Shown here piece by piece: positions 13,091 to 25,139 of a DNA stretch of 64,000 nucleotides (position 1 is the stretch's first letter; the number at the start of each line of letters is the position of its first letter). Origin of the DNA: Chiloscyllium plagiosum (Eukaryota); assembly GCF_004010195.1 (NCBI RefSeq), contig NW_025215381.1:536710-600709 (forward strand), written 5' to 3'. The notes under the pieces are model-generated. The model saw only the letters and a list, made by a program, of their open reading frames with translations. It had not been told where the DNA came from and did no database searches. Made by a program: the position numbers and the translations under genes.

Positions 13091-13899
13091 TACTTTGTTG
13101 ATATGTTACATGTCATTTTAATGCTCATTTTCTACTGTTCAAATGTAGACAGCTGGTATAGATGACAAGTATCATCTGTGTGGCATACTGGATTACACAG
13201 AAAGAACCTCTCCCACCCAGTCAAAACATCTCAAAATCCTTCCAGAGTACACTAGCCAAAGAGATGCAGCTTCAGTGGACCTGGCACATCCTCAGAATGA
13301 AAACAGAATTAGGAGTAGAATTAGGCCATTTACACAATCAAGTCTGATCTGCCATTCGACAAGATCATGCCTGATCTAATAATCCTCTACTCCAATTTTC
13401 TGCATTTTCCCATAACTGTGGATTAGCTTACTGATTAATCATGTCTCTCAACTTTGAATATTCTTAATGGTCCAGTCTCAACAGCCTCTCTAGTCAAGAA
13501 TTCTATAGACCTCAAGGTCCTGCTTCAAGAATGCTTGGTGAGCATCACATGAAGATACTAGACACCAATGATCACATCTGACTGTTATTATCTGGCAAAA
13601 AGAAGGCTCACACACACAATAATAACCAGTGGCTACATCAGTTTGGAGCCAAATACAATAACAAACACTAACACTTAATGAGTTTAGTGAGTGGTCCATG
13701 TGCTTCGAGAACTCGCTTTCACAGCAATGAGTGAAGGTGGGCCACGGAAAAACATCCCACTTCAATGGATTCCTTGCTGGGTCTCCAGTTTGCTTTCTAA
13801 AAATTTGAAGGTAGAATAAGAAAGGGTTGAGAGTGGGAAGACAGTCTAGTTTTTAGGTTCTTGAAACAATTATGGATTAGTAATTACAAACCACCTTGG

Positions 13900-14152
13900 C
13901 TGACTGTGCAAACTCCACACAGACATTCTCTCAGAGTCTGCGTGGGTTTCCTCCGGGTGCTCCGGTTTCCTCCCACAATCCAAAGATGTGCAGGTCAGGT
14001 GAACTGGCTAAATTGTCCATAGTGTTAAGTGCATTAGTCAGGCGGAAATATAAGGGTAGGGAAATTGATCTGGGTGGGTTACTCGGAGAGTCAGTGTGGA
14101 CTTGTTGGGCTGAAGGGCCTGTTTCCACACTGTGGGGAATCTAATCTAATCC
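13900..14152 (+). mobile_element. 5'-truncated HE1-type SINE with a short inverted piece at its 5' end
   Basis: tgtgcaaactccacacagac (antisense, 13904-13925), then sense gtctgcgtgggtttcctccgg...aatctaatctaatc. Confidence 0.8.
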
Positions 14153-15014
14153 AAGATACTCCAATGACTTGCACTCAGATGCAGAAGAGAGAAAACATGG
14201 AAGAATTGATCTGGGAAGCTTGAGATAAACAAGAGGAGCACCAATCAGAAGGTATCAATCATATGTATACAAATAGAAGTGATTTCTACATACTAATGTC
14301 AAAGAATTTCATTCAACAATATAGATACGAGCATTACGGCACTGGGTTTCTGTTAAATAAGGGTGTGCACAAAATATTCACTGCAAGTTCATGTACTGTG
14401 CAGGAACAGAAACCTCAATAGCACAATTATAGATTCTAAATTCTAAATATAGTTTATGTCAGGAGAAAAGACTTCAAGCAATAACAATAAAGTATTGATG
14501 GTTACAGGGGATAATGGTGGTGAGAAAGTTACACGCACACACAGTAATAAATGCTAAGAAACACCACAGTTCTATATGAATTCCATACATAGATAATAAA
14601 GATAATTCAATCCAACAAATTTGTTGCATCATTCAGATTAGGTTCTTGACTATTTTAAAAAATGCTTGGCATGATAATTTAAGATTTTTTCCGTTTCAAA
14701 TGTTGCTTCTGGTTTGCTAAAAATATCACTCAACTGAACTGCAGGAGAAGATCAGAGCGACGACAGTAAACTGCGTAGGACAGCAAGGCAACTTATCAAA
14801 AATATCCAAAACTTTGGGGATAATTTGCACCTGCTCTCTCAGCAACAACACTACTCAAGTAGTGAGACAGAATCCACAAATGAGCACTTGTTTGGCAGCA
14901 TATCCAGAAACTTAAAACTTAGCATATTTCTTTTCCCTGGAAACACAATTCTCCTGTACCTTCCTGACCACACATGGTGCAGCGATAGCAGAGATGTTTA
15001 TCGCTAGACTCCAG

Positions 15015-16032
15015 ATGTGCTGCACCAGAGATGTGTAGAGCTGCAGCATGACCTCATGGCTCCAATATTCAATGCCTCTACCAATAAAAGCCAACACACT
15101 TCATGCCTTCTTAACAACCCTAGCAACCTGGGTGGCAACTTTCAGGAATCTATATACCTGGACACCAAGATCTCTCTGCTCATCCACAGTACCAAGAATC
15201 TTATCATGAGCCCAGTGCTCTGCATTCCTGTTCCTCCTTCCAAAGTGAATCACCTCACACCTTTCCGCACTAAACTCCATTTGCCACCTCTCAGTCCAGA
15301 TCTGCAGTTTATCTATGTCTCTCTAATCTACAACATCCTTCATCACTATCCACAACTCCATCAATCTCAGCGTCCCCTACTAACCCATCCTTTTACGCCC
15401 TCATCCAGGTCATTTATAAAAATGACAAACAACAGTGGCCCCAAAACAGATCCTTGCGGTACTCCATTAGTAAATGAACTCCAGAATGAATATTTCCAAT
15501 GAACCACCACCCTCTGTCTTCTTTCAGTTGGCAATTTCTGATCCAAACAGCTAAAAGGCTAAATCACACTTGATCCCACGACTCGGTATTTTGTGCAATA
15601 GCTTACCAAATGCCTTACTGAAATCCATAGACACCACATCAACCGCTTTACCCTCATCCACCTGTTTGGTTACCTTCTCTCAGAATTCAATAAGGTTTTG
15701 AGGCATGACCTACCCTTCACAAAACCATGTTGACTATCCTTAATCGACGTATCCCCTTCTAGATGATTATGAATCCTATTTCTTATAACCTTTTCCAACA
15801 CTCTACCTACAACCGAAGTAAGGCTCACATGTCTATAATTTCCAGGGTTGTTTCTACTCCCCTTCTTGAACAAACAAACGACATTTGCTATCCTCCAGTC
15901 TTCTGGCACTATTCCTGTAGACAATGAAGCCAAAGGCTCAGCAAAGTCCTCCACGGCTTCACAGAGAATCCTAGCATAAATCCCACCTGACCCAGGGGAC
16001 TTATCTATTTTTACACTTTCTGGAATTGCTAA
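15015..16032 (-). mobile_element. CR1 LINE RT fragment
   Basis: IDKSPG..GIY.RIL, PEDWRIANVV.LFKKG, YR.VSLTSVVG, SQHGFVKGRSC in ORF 15670..16080; downstream RT motifs run to 15015. Confidence 0.9.
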
Positions 16033-17283
16033 TATAGAACATAGAACAATACAGCACAGAATAGGTCCTTCAGCCCTCAATGTTGCGCCGACCTGTGAAT
16101 TAACCTAAGCCCATCACCCTACACTATCCCATCATCATCCATACGCTTATCCAAGGACTGTTTAAATGCCCCTAAATTGGCCGAGTTAACTACATTACCA
16201 GGTAAGGCATTCCACACCCTTACCACTCTGAGAAAAGAACCTCACTTTGACATCTGTCTTAAATCTACCACCCCTCAATTTGTAGCTATGCCCCCACATA
16301 CAAGCAGACATCATCATCCGAGGAAAAAGACTCTCACTGTCCACCCTATCTAATCCTGTGATTATCTTGTATGTCTCTGTTAAATTCCCTCTTAGCCTTC
16401 TTCTTTCCAATGAGAACTGACCCAAGTCCCTCAGCCTTTCCTCATAAGATCTTCGCTCCAGACCAGGCAACATCCTGGTAAATCTCTTCTGCACCTTTTT
16501 CAATGCTTCCACATCCTTCCTGCAATGGGGCGACCAGAACTGTACACAATATTCCAAGTGCGGCCGCACCAGCGTTTTGTACGGTTGCAGCATGACAACA
16601 CTGCTCCAGAACTCAATCCCTCTACCAATGAAGCCTAACACACCGTATGCCTTCTTAACAGCATTATCAACCTGGGTGGCAACTTTCAGGGATCCATGTA
16701 CATAGAGTCCAAGGTCCCTCTGCACATCCACACTACCAAGAATCTTTCCATTGACCCAGTACTCTGCCTGCCTGTTATTCTTCCCAAAGTGAATCACCTC
16801 ACATATAGCTGCATTGAACTCCATTTGCTACCTCTCAGCCCAATTCTGCAGTTTATCCAAGTCTGCCTGCAACATTCTTCCACACTGTCCACCACTCCAC
16901 CTTTAGTGTCATCTGAAAACACAATAACCCATTCACCTTTACCTGCATCCAAATCGTTTATAAAACAGCAAAGGTCCCAAAACACATCCTTGTGGCAAAC
17001 CACTTGTAACCGGACACCAGGCTGAATATTTTCCATCAACCACCACTCAGTGCCTTCTTACAGAAAGCCAGTTTCAAATCCAAACTGCTAAATCACCTTC
17101 AATCCCATGCCATGGCATTTTCCCCAATAGCCTACCATGTGGAACCTTATCAAAGGCTTTACTAAAGTCCATGTATACCACGCCAACTGCCCGACCCTCA
17201 TCCACATGTTTGGTCACCTTCTCAAAAAACTCAATGAGATTTGTGAGACACAACCTCCCCTTAACAAATCCATGTTGACTATC
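16033..17283 (-). mobile_element. CR1 LINE (RT + 3' UTR)
   Basis: ORF 16195..16824 MEFNAAICEVIHFG...VRPHLEYCVQFWSP; 3' tail at 16033-16080; ends at DSQHGFVKG. Confidence 0.92.
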
Positions 17284-18807
17284 AATCTGAGACTGGTACA
17301 GTTAAGAACAGAAGTGAGTCAAACAGTCAGGGCAGGCAGGGACAAGGCAGGACTAATAAATTAAACTGCATTTATTTCAATGCAAAGGGCCTATTTAATA
17401 GGGAAGGCAGATGAACTCAGGACATGGTTAGGAACATGGGACTGGGATATCATAGTAATTACAGAAACATGGCTCAGCGATGGGCAGGACTGGCAGCTTA
17501 ATGTTCCAGAATACAAATGCTACAGGAAGGATAGAAAGGGAGTCCAGAGGAGGGGGAGTGGTGTTTTTGATAAGGGATAGCATTACAGCTGTGCTGAGGG
17601 AGGATATTCCTGGAAATACATCCAGGGAAGTTATTTGGGTGGAACTGAGAAATAAGAAAAGGATGATCACCTTATTGGAATTGTATTACAGACCCTCTAA
17701 TAGTCAGAGGGAAATTTAGAAACAAACTTGTAAGGAGATCTCAATTATCTGTAAGAATAATAGGGTGGTTATGGTAAGGGATTTTAACTTTCCAAACATA
17801 GACTTTGACTGCCATAGTGTTAAGGTTTAGATGGAGAGGAATTTGTTAAGTGGGTACAAGAAAATTTTCTGATCCAGTATATGGACGCACCTAATAGCGA
17901 AGGTGCAAGACTTAACTTACTCTGCGGAAATAAGGCAGGGCAGGTGACTGAGGTGTCAGTGGGGGAACACTTTGGGGCCAGCGACCATAATTCTATTCAT
18001 TTTAAAATAGTGATGGAAAAGGATAGACCAGATCGAAAAGTTGAAGCTCTAAATTGCAGAAAGGCCAATTTTGACGGTATTAGGCAAGAACTTTTGAAAG
18101 CTGATTAGAGGCAGATGTTCGCAGGTATAGGGACAGCTGGAAAATGGGAAGCCTTCAGAAATGAGATAACAAGAATCCAGAGAGAGTATATTCCTGTCAG
18201 GGTGAAAGGAAAGGCTGGTAGGTATAGGGAATGCTGGATGACTAAACAAATTGAGGGTTTGGTTAAGAAAAAGAAGGAAGCATATGTAAGGTATAGGCAG
18301 GATAGATCGAGTGAATCCTCAGAAGAGTATAACGGCAGTAGAAGTATACTTAAGAGGGAAATCAGGATGGCAAAAAGAGGACTTGATTGAGTTTTTTGAA
18401 GAGGTAAGAGGATTGATGAGGGCCCAGCAGTAGATGTGATCTATATGGACTTCAGTAAGGCGTTCAACAAGGTTCCCCATGGGAGACTGGTTAGCAAGGT
18501 TAGATCTCATGGAATACAGGATGAACTAGTCGTTTGGATACAGAACTGGCTCAAAGGTAGAAGACAGAGGGTGGTGGTGATGGAGGGTTGCTTTTCAGAC
18601 AGGAGGCCTGTGACCAATGGAGTGCCATAAGGATCAGTGCTGGGTCCACTACTTTTAATAATTTACGTAAATGATTTGGATGCGAGCATAAGAGGTACAG
18701 TTTGTAAATTTGCAGATGACACCAAAATTGGAGGTGTAGTGTACAGCGAAGAGGGTTAATTCAGATTAAAACAGGATCTTGACCAGATGGGCCAATGGGC
18801 AGAGAAG
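17284..18807 (+). mobile_element. CR1 LINE ORF2 5' part (APE endonuclease + RT start, internal deletion near 18380); continues at 22708
   Basis: ITETWL, RGGGV, YYRPSN, GDFNFP, SDHN endonuclease motifs; YMDFSKAFNKVPH, GVP..SVLGP, KFADDTK RT motifs; breaks at ...QWAEK. Confidence 0.92.
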
Positions 18808-19096
18808 CTACTCAGGTAAGCTACTCAGTGTTCTTGTTTTGGAGACTAAGTGTAGGGTAATGGCAGTGCAGGCAGTGAAATGTTCCTCCTGCAGGATGTT
18901 TGAGGTAGGGGGTGACCACTGATGCTCCTGCCGACTTCATCTGCAGGAAATGCAGTCAGCTCCTGCTCCTCACAGAACGCGTTAGGGAACTGGAACTGGA
19001 GTTGGATGAACTGAGGATTATTCGAGAGGCTGAGAGGGTGATAGATAGAAACTACAGGGACATAGTTACGCCAGAGAACAGAGATAGCTGGGTAAC
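18808..19096 (+). mobile_element. CR1 5' region with ORF1 N-terminus (zinc finger / leucine zipper)
   Basis: MAVQAVKCSSCRMFEV...FICRKCSQLLLLTERVRELELELDELRIIRE: CxxC..CxxC followed by a heptad coiled coil, typical of the CR1 ORF1p N-terminus. Confidence 0.8.
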
Positions 19097-20050
19097 CCCC
19101 TATCTAACAATGCTCCGCACTGACAGTATACCCCTATCTAACAATGCTCCGCACTGACAGTATACCCCTATCTAACAATGCTCCGCACTGACAGTATACC
19201 CCTATCTAACAATGCTCCGCACTGACAGTATACCCCTATCTAACAATGCTCCGCACTGACAGTATACCCCTATCTAACAATGCTCCGCACTGACAGTATA
19301 CCCCTATCTAACAATGCTCCGCACTGACAGTATACCCCTATCTAACAATGCTCCGCACTGACAGTATACCCCTATCTAACAATGCTCCGCGCTGACAGTA
19401 TATCCCTATTTAATAGTGCTCCGCACTGACAGTATACCCCTATCTAACAATGCTCCGCGCTGACAGTATATCCCTATTTAATAGTGCTCCGCACTGACAG
19501 TATACCCCTATCTAACAATGCTCCGCGCTGACAGTATATCCCTATTTAATAGTGCTCCGCACTGACAGTATACCCCTATCTAACAATGCTCCGCGCTGAC
19601 AGTATATCCCTATTTAATAGTGCTCCGCACTGACAGTATACCCCTATCTAACAATGCTCCGCGCTGACAGTATATCCCTATTTAATAGTGCTCCGCACTG
19701 ACAGTATACCCCTATCTAACAATGCTCCGCGCTGACAGTATATCCCTATTTAATAGTGCTCCGCACTGACAGTATACCCCTATCTAACAATGCTCTGCAC
19801 TGGCAGTATACCTCTATCGAACAATGCTCCGCGCCTACAGTATGCTCCTATCTAACAGTGCTCCGCACAGATAGTATACTCCTATCTAACAATGCTCCGC
19901 ATTGACAGTAAACCCCGATCTAACAGTGCTCCGCACTGACAGTATACTTCCATCCAACAATGCTGAATACTCAATATATACCCCAGCTAACAGTGTTGCA
20001 TCCTGACTGTATATCCCTGTCTAACAATGCTCCTTACTGACTGCACACCC
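19097..20050 (+). repeat. 34-bp minisatellite, about 28 units (cccctatctaacaatgctccgcactgacagtata)
   Basis: Direct head-to-tail repeats with period 34 (19101, 19135, ...); no unique spacers. Confidence 0.97.
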
Positions 20051-22276
20051 TTGCAACTTTATCCTTTATGATTTGGTATGCCTTACCAGGCAGTAGGAAT
20101 TTTTTGTTTTGTTTCTGAATGGTACCCCATAGACCCTCAGGATTATTTCAGGTTATGAGATGTTCACCCTGAATATCAACAGTAACTGAGGGCTGATCTC
20201 ACTGGAAAGGAGTAGGCTGGTCACCAAAGATCAACTTGCGATAAAATGACAGGTTCATGGGGTTTGAGTCTGCTGAGTGTCACCAAACACTGGAAAGCCA
20301 CTTTGTGTGTGGAGGCGATAGTGACTCACACTGCAGTACAGTGAGTTCATTGAACAGTGCACCCATTGTATAATGTAACCCTGACCTTGTACCATTCATA
20401 CTGGCAATGTCTCTGCCAAACATTGACACATGGCTATCTGAATCCTTTAGTTGTGAAGCCGTAAAACGTTTATGACCTTTCTCATTTGCGGGTTGATGAA
20501 AGTATTTTGTACTTTTCTGGCAGGAAGCAATTATTTTACTGCAGTGAGCACTGTCTGGCAACCACTCGGTTGCAGACTGGAAAGGGTGGCCATGAGTTGA
20601 ATAATTGGATGCAAATTTGCTGCTTAGTGTTTAAGGTTAGGTTGGGGAGAGGGTTGGTGTTCAGCTCAGAACCTCAGCAGTAATATCCCAACAAGACCTC
20701 AGCCCTAATGAGCCCTGGCGGATTGGCAAAGTCAAGTTGTCTTGCATCTTCAATTGTCTCACCTACCGTCAAGCCTCGAGGCTCCTTACTGACCAACTAA
20801 CCGTACAGATATACATGTTAGGAGCAAGAGGAGGCTATTCAGTCCCTCGAGCCTGCTGCACCATTTTAAGTGATCTGTTTCAGGCCTCCTACTTTGCTGA
20901 ATGTTCTCCCTTGTCCTTTAGGTTATTGATTGACGGGTCCAACTTACCCTTAAAAATGTTCACTGACCTTGCTTCCACTCTTCTCTGGGGAACAGAATTA
21001 CCTTCTAAGGGGAAAAAGTTTTTCTTCTGCTCTGCCTTAAATGGGAGACTCCTCATTTTTAAACTGTGTCAATTTGTTCTAGTCGTATCAGGGCCCAGCA
21101 AACATCATGTCATTCTGAAACCCCACATATTTTGTTTAGCTGATTTTACCCAAAGCAAGCCTGTTGGTTCAACAACCTCTCCTATCTCTCTATTTCTCTC
21201 TGACAGCCATGTTGAATTTGTTGATTGTCTGAAGTGATTATTTAGTTCATGATTCAATCACTCAAAGCTTTTTTTTTCTCTTCCCCTACAGGTAAGTGAA
21301 TTGAAAGTAAAAGTAATCCTATTCTCTGCTACTCTGTGACATGCTTTTGATCAAAAAGCCCACGGGAAGTGAAGTGGTGGTTGACGCAATTGCGGTTGCA
21401 ATAAATCTGGAATACATAGCTTACAGAAGATGGTAAGTGTCAATCCCAGCCAAAACAGTGGAGCAAGTGTGGACATTTCACAGTGCTGTGACCTAGGAGG
21501 GAAGCTCAGTCTCCAATGTCGGCTCTCTCTGTCAGAGCAGAAAGCACATCGCAGTAGTTGTATATTATTGCACATGCGTTCAGATATGAATGCTAAGGCT
21601 TTGTGGGTCTGGCTTCAATATGGCACAGGGTTGTTTAACCTTCCAATGAGGTGATAAACACCTCAGCAACACAAAGGTGCTATGATTCTCTGCACTCACT
21701 TCTTTCATTTATTTTTAATTAACCTGTTCAGTTGTGGTATGACACACTTCTCAACCTGGTCTCTTGGCTCAGAGGCGGTTGTAAGCTGGTTCAAATCTAA
21801 ACTGAGATTGGGTGGAATTGTTGAATATGACTTGTGTATGTTACTTCAAGTTATGCACTTAATCATTTACTAACTGGAGATTGGAGCGATAACGTCTGGG
21901 GATGAATTTTATTTGGAATTTGAACAACTTGATCAGATTACAATGCCTTTTATTTCAATGTCTCCTTGGGCTTTTATGACTGTTTTATTTGCATAAACAA
22001 ACAAGAAGTTTCAAGTGCATAGCTTCAGTTCAGTAGTAAAGCCACTGTACCATAGTTTGAAGGACATCATTGTCTGTAAGGTTTCCAGCGATTCAATCAT
22101 GGGGTGGCTTCGAAGCACTGTAGCTCTCCTGCACAAAATTGCTAGTTGTTGGACCAGTTTTGTATTCCAATGTCACTGCCATCATTTTGTATTCTTCCAG
22201 CATCATGTCAGCCTGTTAATGAGCACTCGGTGTCATGATTACTTGCTTGCTCTCAAAGTAAGAGCTGCTGAATTAA

Positions 22277-22703
22277 TAAGATTTACCAGGATGTTGCCTG
22301 GAATGGAGAATAGGTCGTACGAGGATAGGTTGAGAGTGCTAGGCCTTTTCTCATTGGAACGGCGAAGGATGAGGGGTGACTTGATAGAGGTTTATAAGAT
22401 GATCAGAGGAATAGATAGAGTAGACAGTCAGAAACTTTTCCCCGGATAAAACAGAGTGTTACAAGGGGACATAAATATAAGGTGAAGGGTGGAAGGTATA
22501 GGGGAGGTGTCAGGGGTAGGTTTTACCCAGAGAGTGGTAGGGGCGGAATGAGCTGCCTGTGGGAGTGGCAGAGTCAGTATCATTGGCGACCTTTAAGCGG
22601 CAATTGGATAGGTACATGGATGGGTGCTTAAGCTAGGACAACTGTTCGGCACAACATCGTGGGCCGAAGGGCCTATTCTGTGCTGTATTGTTCTATATTC
22701 TAT
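22277..22703 (+). mobile_element. CR1 3' end (end of the composite insertion)
   Basis: RFTRMLPGME...RGDLIEVYKMIRG; tail gggccgaagggcctattctgtgctgtattgttctatattctat. Confidence 0.9.
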
Positions 22704-22707
22704 GAAG

Positions 22708-23572
22708 GGGCAGATGGAGTTTAATTCAGATAAATGCGAGGTGCTGCATTTTGGGAAAGCAAATCTTAGCAGGCCTTATACACTGAATGGTAAGGTCCTA
22801 GGGAGTGTTGCTGAACAAAGAGAACTTGGAGTGCAGGTTCATAGCTCCTTGAAAGTGGAGTCACAGGTAGATAGGATAGTGAAGGCAGCGTTTGGTATGC
22901 TTTCCTTTATTGATCAGAGTATTGAGTGCAGGGGTTGGGAGGTCATGTTGAGTCTGAACAGGATATTGGTTAGGCCACTGTTGGAATATTGCGTGCAATT
23001 CTGGTCTCCTTCCTATCGGAAAGATGTTGTGAAACTTGAAACGGTTCAGAAAAGATTGACAAGGATGTTGCCAGGGTTGGAAGATTTGAGCTATAGGGAG
23101 AGGCTGAACAGGCTGGGGCTGTTTTCCCTGGAGCGTCGGAGGCTGAGGGGTGACCTTCTAGAGGTTTACAAAATTATGAGGGGCATAGATAGGGTAAATG
23201 GGCAAAGTCTTTTCCCTGGGGTGGGGGAGTCCAGAACTAGAGGGCATAGGTTTAGGGTGAGAGGGGAAAGATTATAAAAGAGACCTAAGGGGCAACCTTT
23301 TCACGCAGGAGGTGGTACGTTGATGGAATGAGCTGCCAGAGGAAGTGATGGAGGCTGGTACAATTGCAACATTTAAGAGACATTTGGGGCTGGTACAATT
23401 GCAACATTTAAGAGACATTTGGATGGGTATAGGAGTAGGAATGGTTTGGAGGGATATGGGCCAGGTGCTGGCAGGTGGGACTAGACTGGGTTGGGATATC
23501 TGGTCGGCATGGATGGGCTGGACCGAAGGGTCTGTTTCCATGCTGTAAATCTCTATAACTCTATGACTCTAT
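22708..23572 (+). mobile_element. CR1 ORF2 3' part + 3' UTR (continuation of 17284-18807)
   Basis: (W>G)QMEFNSDKCEVLHFG...VRPLLEYCVQFWSP; resumes exactly where 18807 stops; contains a ~35-bp tandem duplication near 23353-23422. Confidence 0.92.
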
Positions 23573-23739
23573 TTCCAATCAAACTGTTGCTTGCCAGATG
23601 ATTATAAATGCTCTCTCTTATAATCCTTTCCAAAACCTTTTCTACAACAGACATAAGGCTCACTTGTGAAAGTGTGGACTGCAGATGCTGGAGATTAGAG
23701 TCAAGATTAGAGTGGTGCTGGAAAGGCACAGCAGGTCAG

Positions 23740-24365
23740 ATGTTCCACAGATCCCTCAAAGCTGCCACCCAAGTTGATAGGGTTGTGTAGGAGGCATGTG
23801 CCATGTTGGCTTTCGTTAGCAGGGAGATTGAATTTAAGTGCCGCAAGATTATGCTGCAGCTTTATAAAATCTTGGTTAGACCACATTTGTAATATTGTGT
23901 TCAGTTCTGGTTGCCTCATTATAGGAAGGATGTGGAAACTTTAGAAAGAGTGCCAAGGAGATTTATCAGGATGTTGCCTGGACTGCAGGGTATGTCTTCT
24001 GAAGAAAAGGTCTCATTGCAGCAAAGAAGGATGAGGGGTGACTTGATAGTGGTACAAGATGATGAGAAGAATAGATAGAGACATTTTCCCAGGGCAAAAA
24101 TGGCCATCATGATGGGACATAATTTTAAGGTGATTGGAGGAAAGTTTATGGGAGATATCAGAGGAAGGTTCTTTACACAGAGAGTAGTGGGTGCGTGGAA
24201 TGCATTGTCAGCAGTGGTAGTAGAGTCAGATAGTAAGATGAAAGGTACATCGGTTTGATTGCTCTTAAAGACAGATAAAAGGTCAATAGGTGCAGGAGTA
24301 GGCCATTCTGCCCTTCGGTACATTAAGGGCCGAAGGGCCTATGCTGTACTGTTCTATGTTCCATA
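23740..24365 (+). mobile_element. CR1 3' fragment, preceded by a PLE family A terminal fragment (23667-23740)
   Basis: LKAATQVDRVV...LYKILVRPHL; tail gggccgaagggcctatgctgtactgttctatgtt. Confidence 0.85.
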
Positions 24366-24940
24366 TCTTCTCAGAGGTCAAAGTCTCCTTTGTAATTATG
24401 TTTCCTCCTGTACACTAAATTCATGAGTTGGTTCAGCAATTGGAAACATGAGTAAGGATTTCATGGAGTGCTTATGAGCACTGCGTGAACCCGGCTGAGT
24501 TGTTAGGCACATTCGAATAGTGTAAAACCCTGCAATTTCACTCGTGGATTCTGTCTTGTGATGTGCCAGATATGGACGAGCACATTCATCTTACAGTGAC
24601 CAACATTAAATAGTTGCTGCTATGCATTACAAAACTTTTACAAATATTTGAAGTTCTGCAATGCATTAAAAAATAACTTTGAACAATCATGTCCCATCAG
24701 CTTTCACTTTCACCTCTTGTGCGGTGATTGAAATGGACTAGCAGCTCTGGCTGTTGAAAGCAACTTTGCATCAGATTCTGTCCACTGATTCACAGGCACT
24801 CTGCTTTAAAATTGAAATGCCACACCATTTAGGCAATTTTGCTGGAAGCTTTTGTTGTGACAGCTGTAATCATGAATGCTTGGCTGCATTTTAAAAATTG
24901 TAATTAATTAAGCAGAGCAAATAGTCTGTTGATCCAAGTA

Positions 24941-25139
24941 CAGGTCATTCTGTTACAATATGCGTTTCGTCAACACGAATTCACTGTAAGATGATTGATA
25001 AATTGGGGACTTTTAAAACTTGTGTTTGCTGTAATGCGATCGCAGCAGCAACACTTTAAGCGCTGTTTCAAAATGAGATTTTTCAGTAACACGGAGTTGC
25101 ATAAGAACGCAACCATCGTGATATAGAAAAACTGACTAC
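24941..25139. mobile_element. MITE-like element related to 6461-6680
   Basis: Starts ta|caggtcattctgttac; right end gaacgcaaccatcgtgatatagaaaaactgacta resembles the right ends of the 6461 element and of the Tigger. TIR pairing is weak. Confidence 0.45.

Noticed and set aside
16033..18807. Twin-priming 5' inversion of one CR1
   Set aside because: The two head-to-head pieces overlap in RT coverage and have separate 3' ends, so they are independent elements.
19097..20050. CRISPR-like array (34-bp periodic repeat)
   Set aside because: Units are contiguous with no unique spacers, there are no cas genes, and the context is vertebrate; it is a minisatellite.
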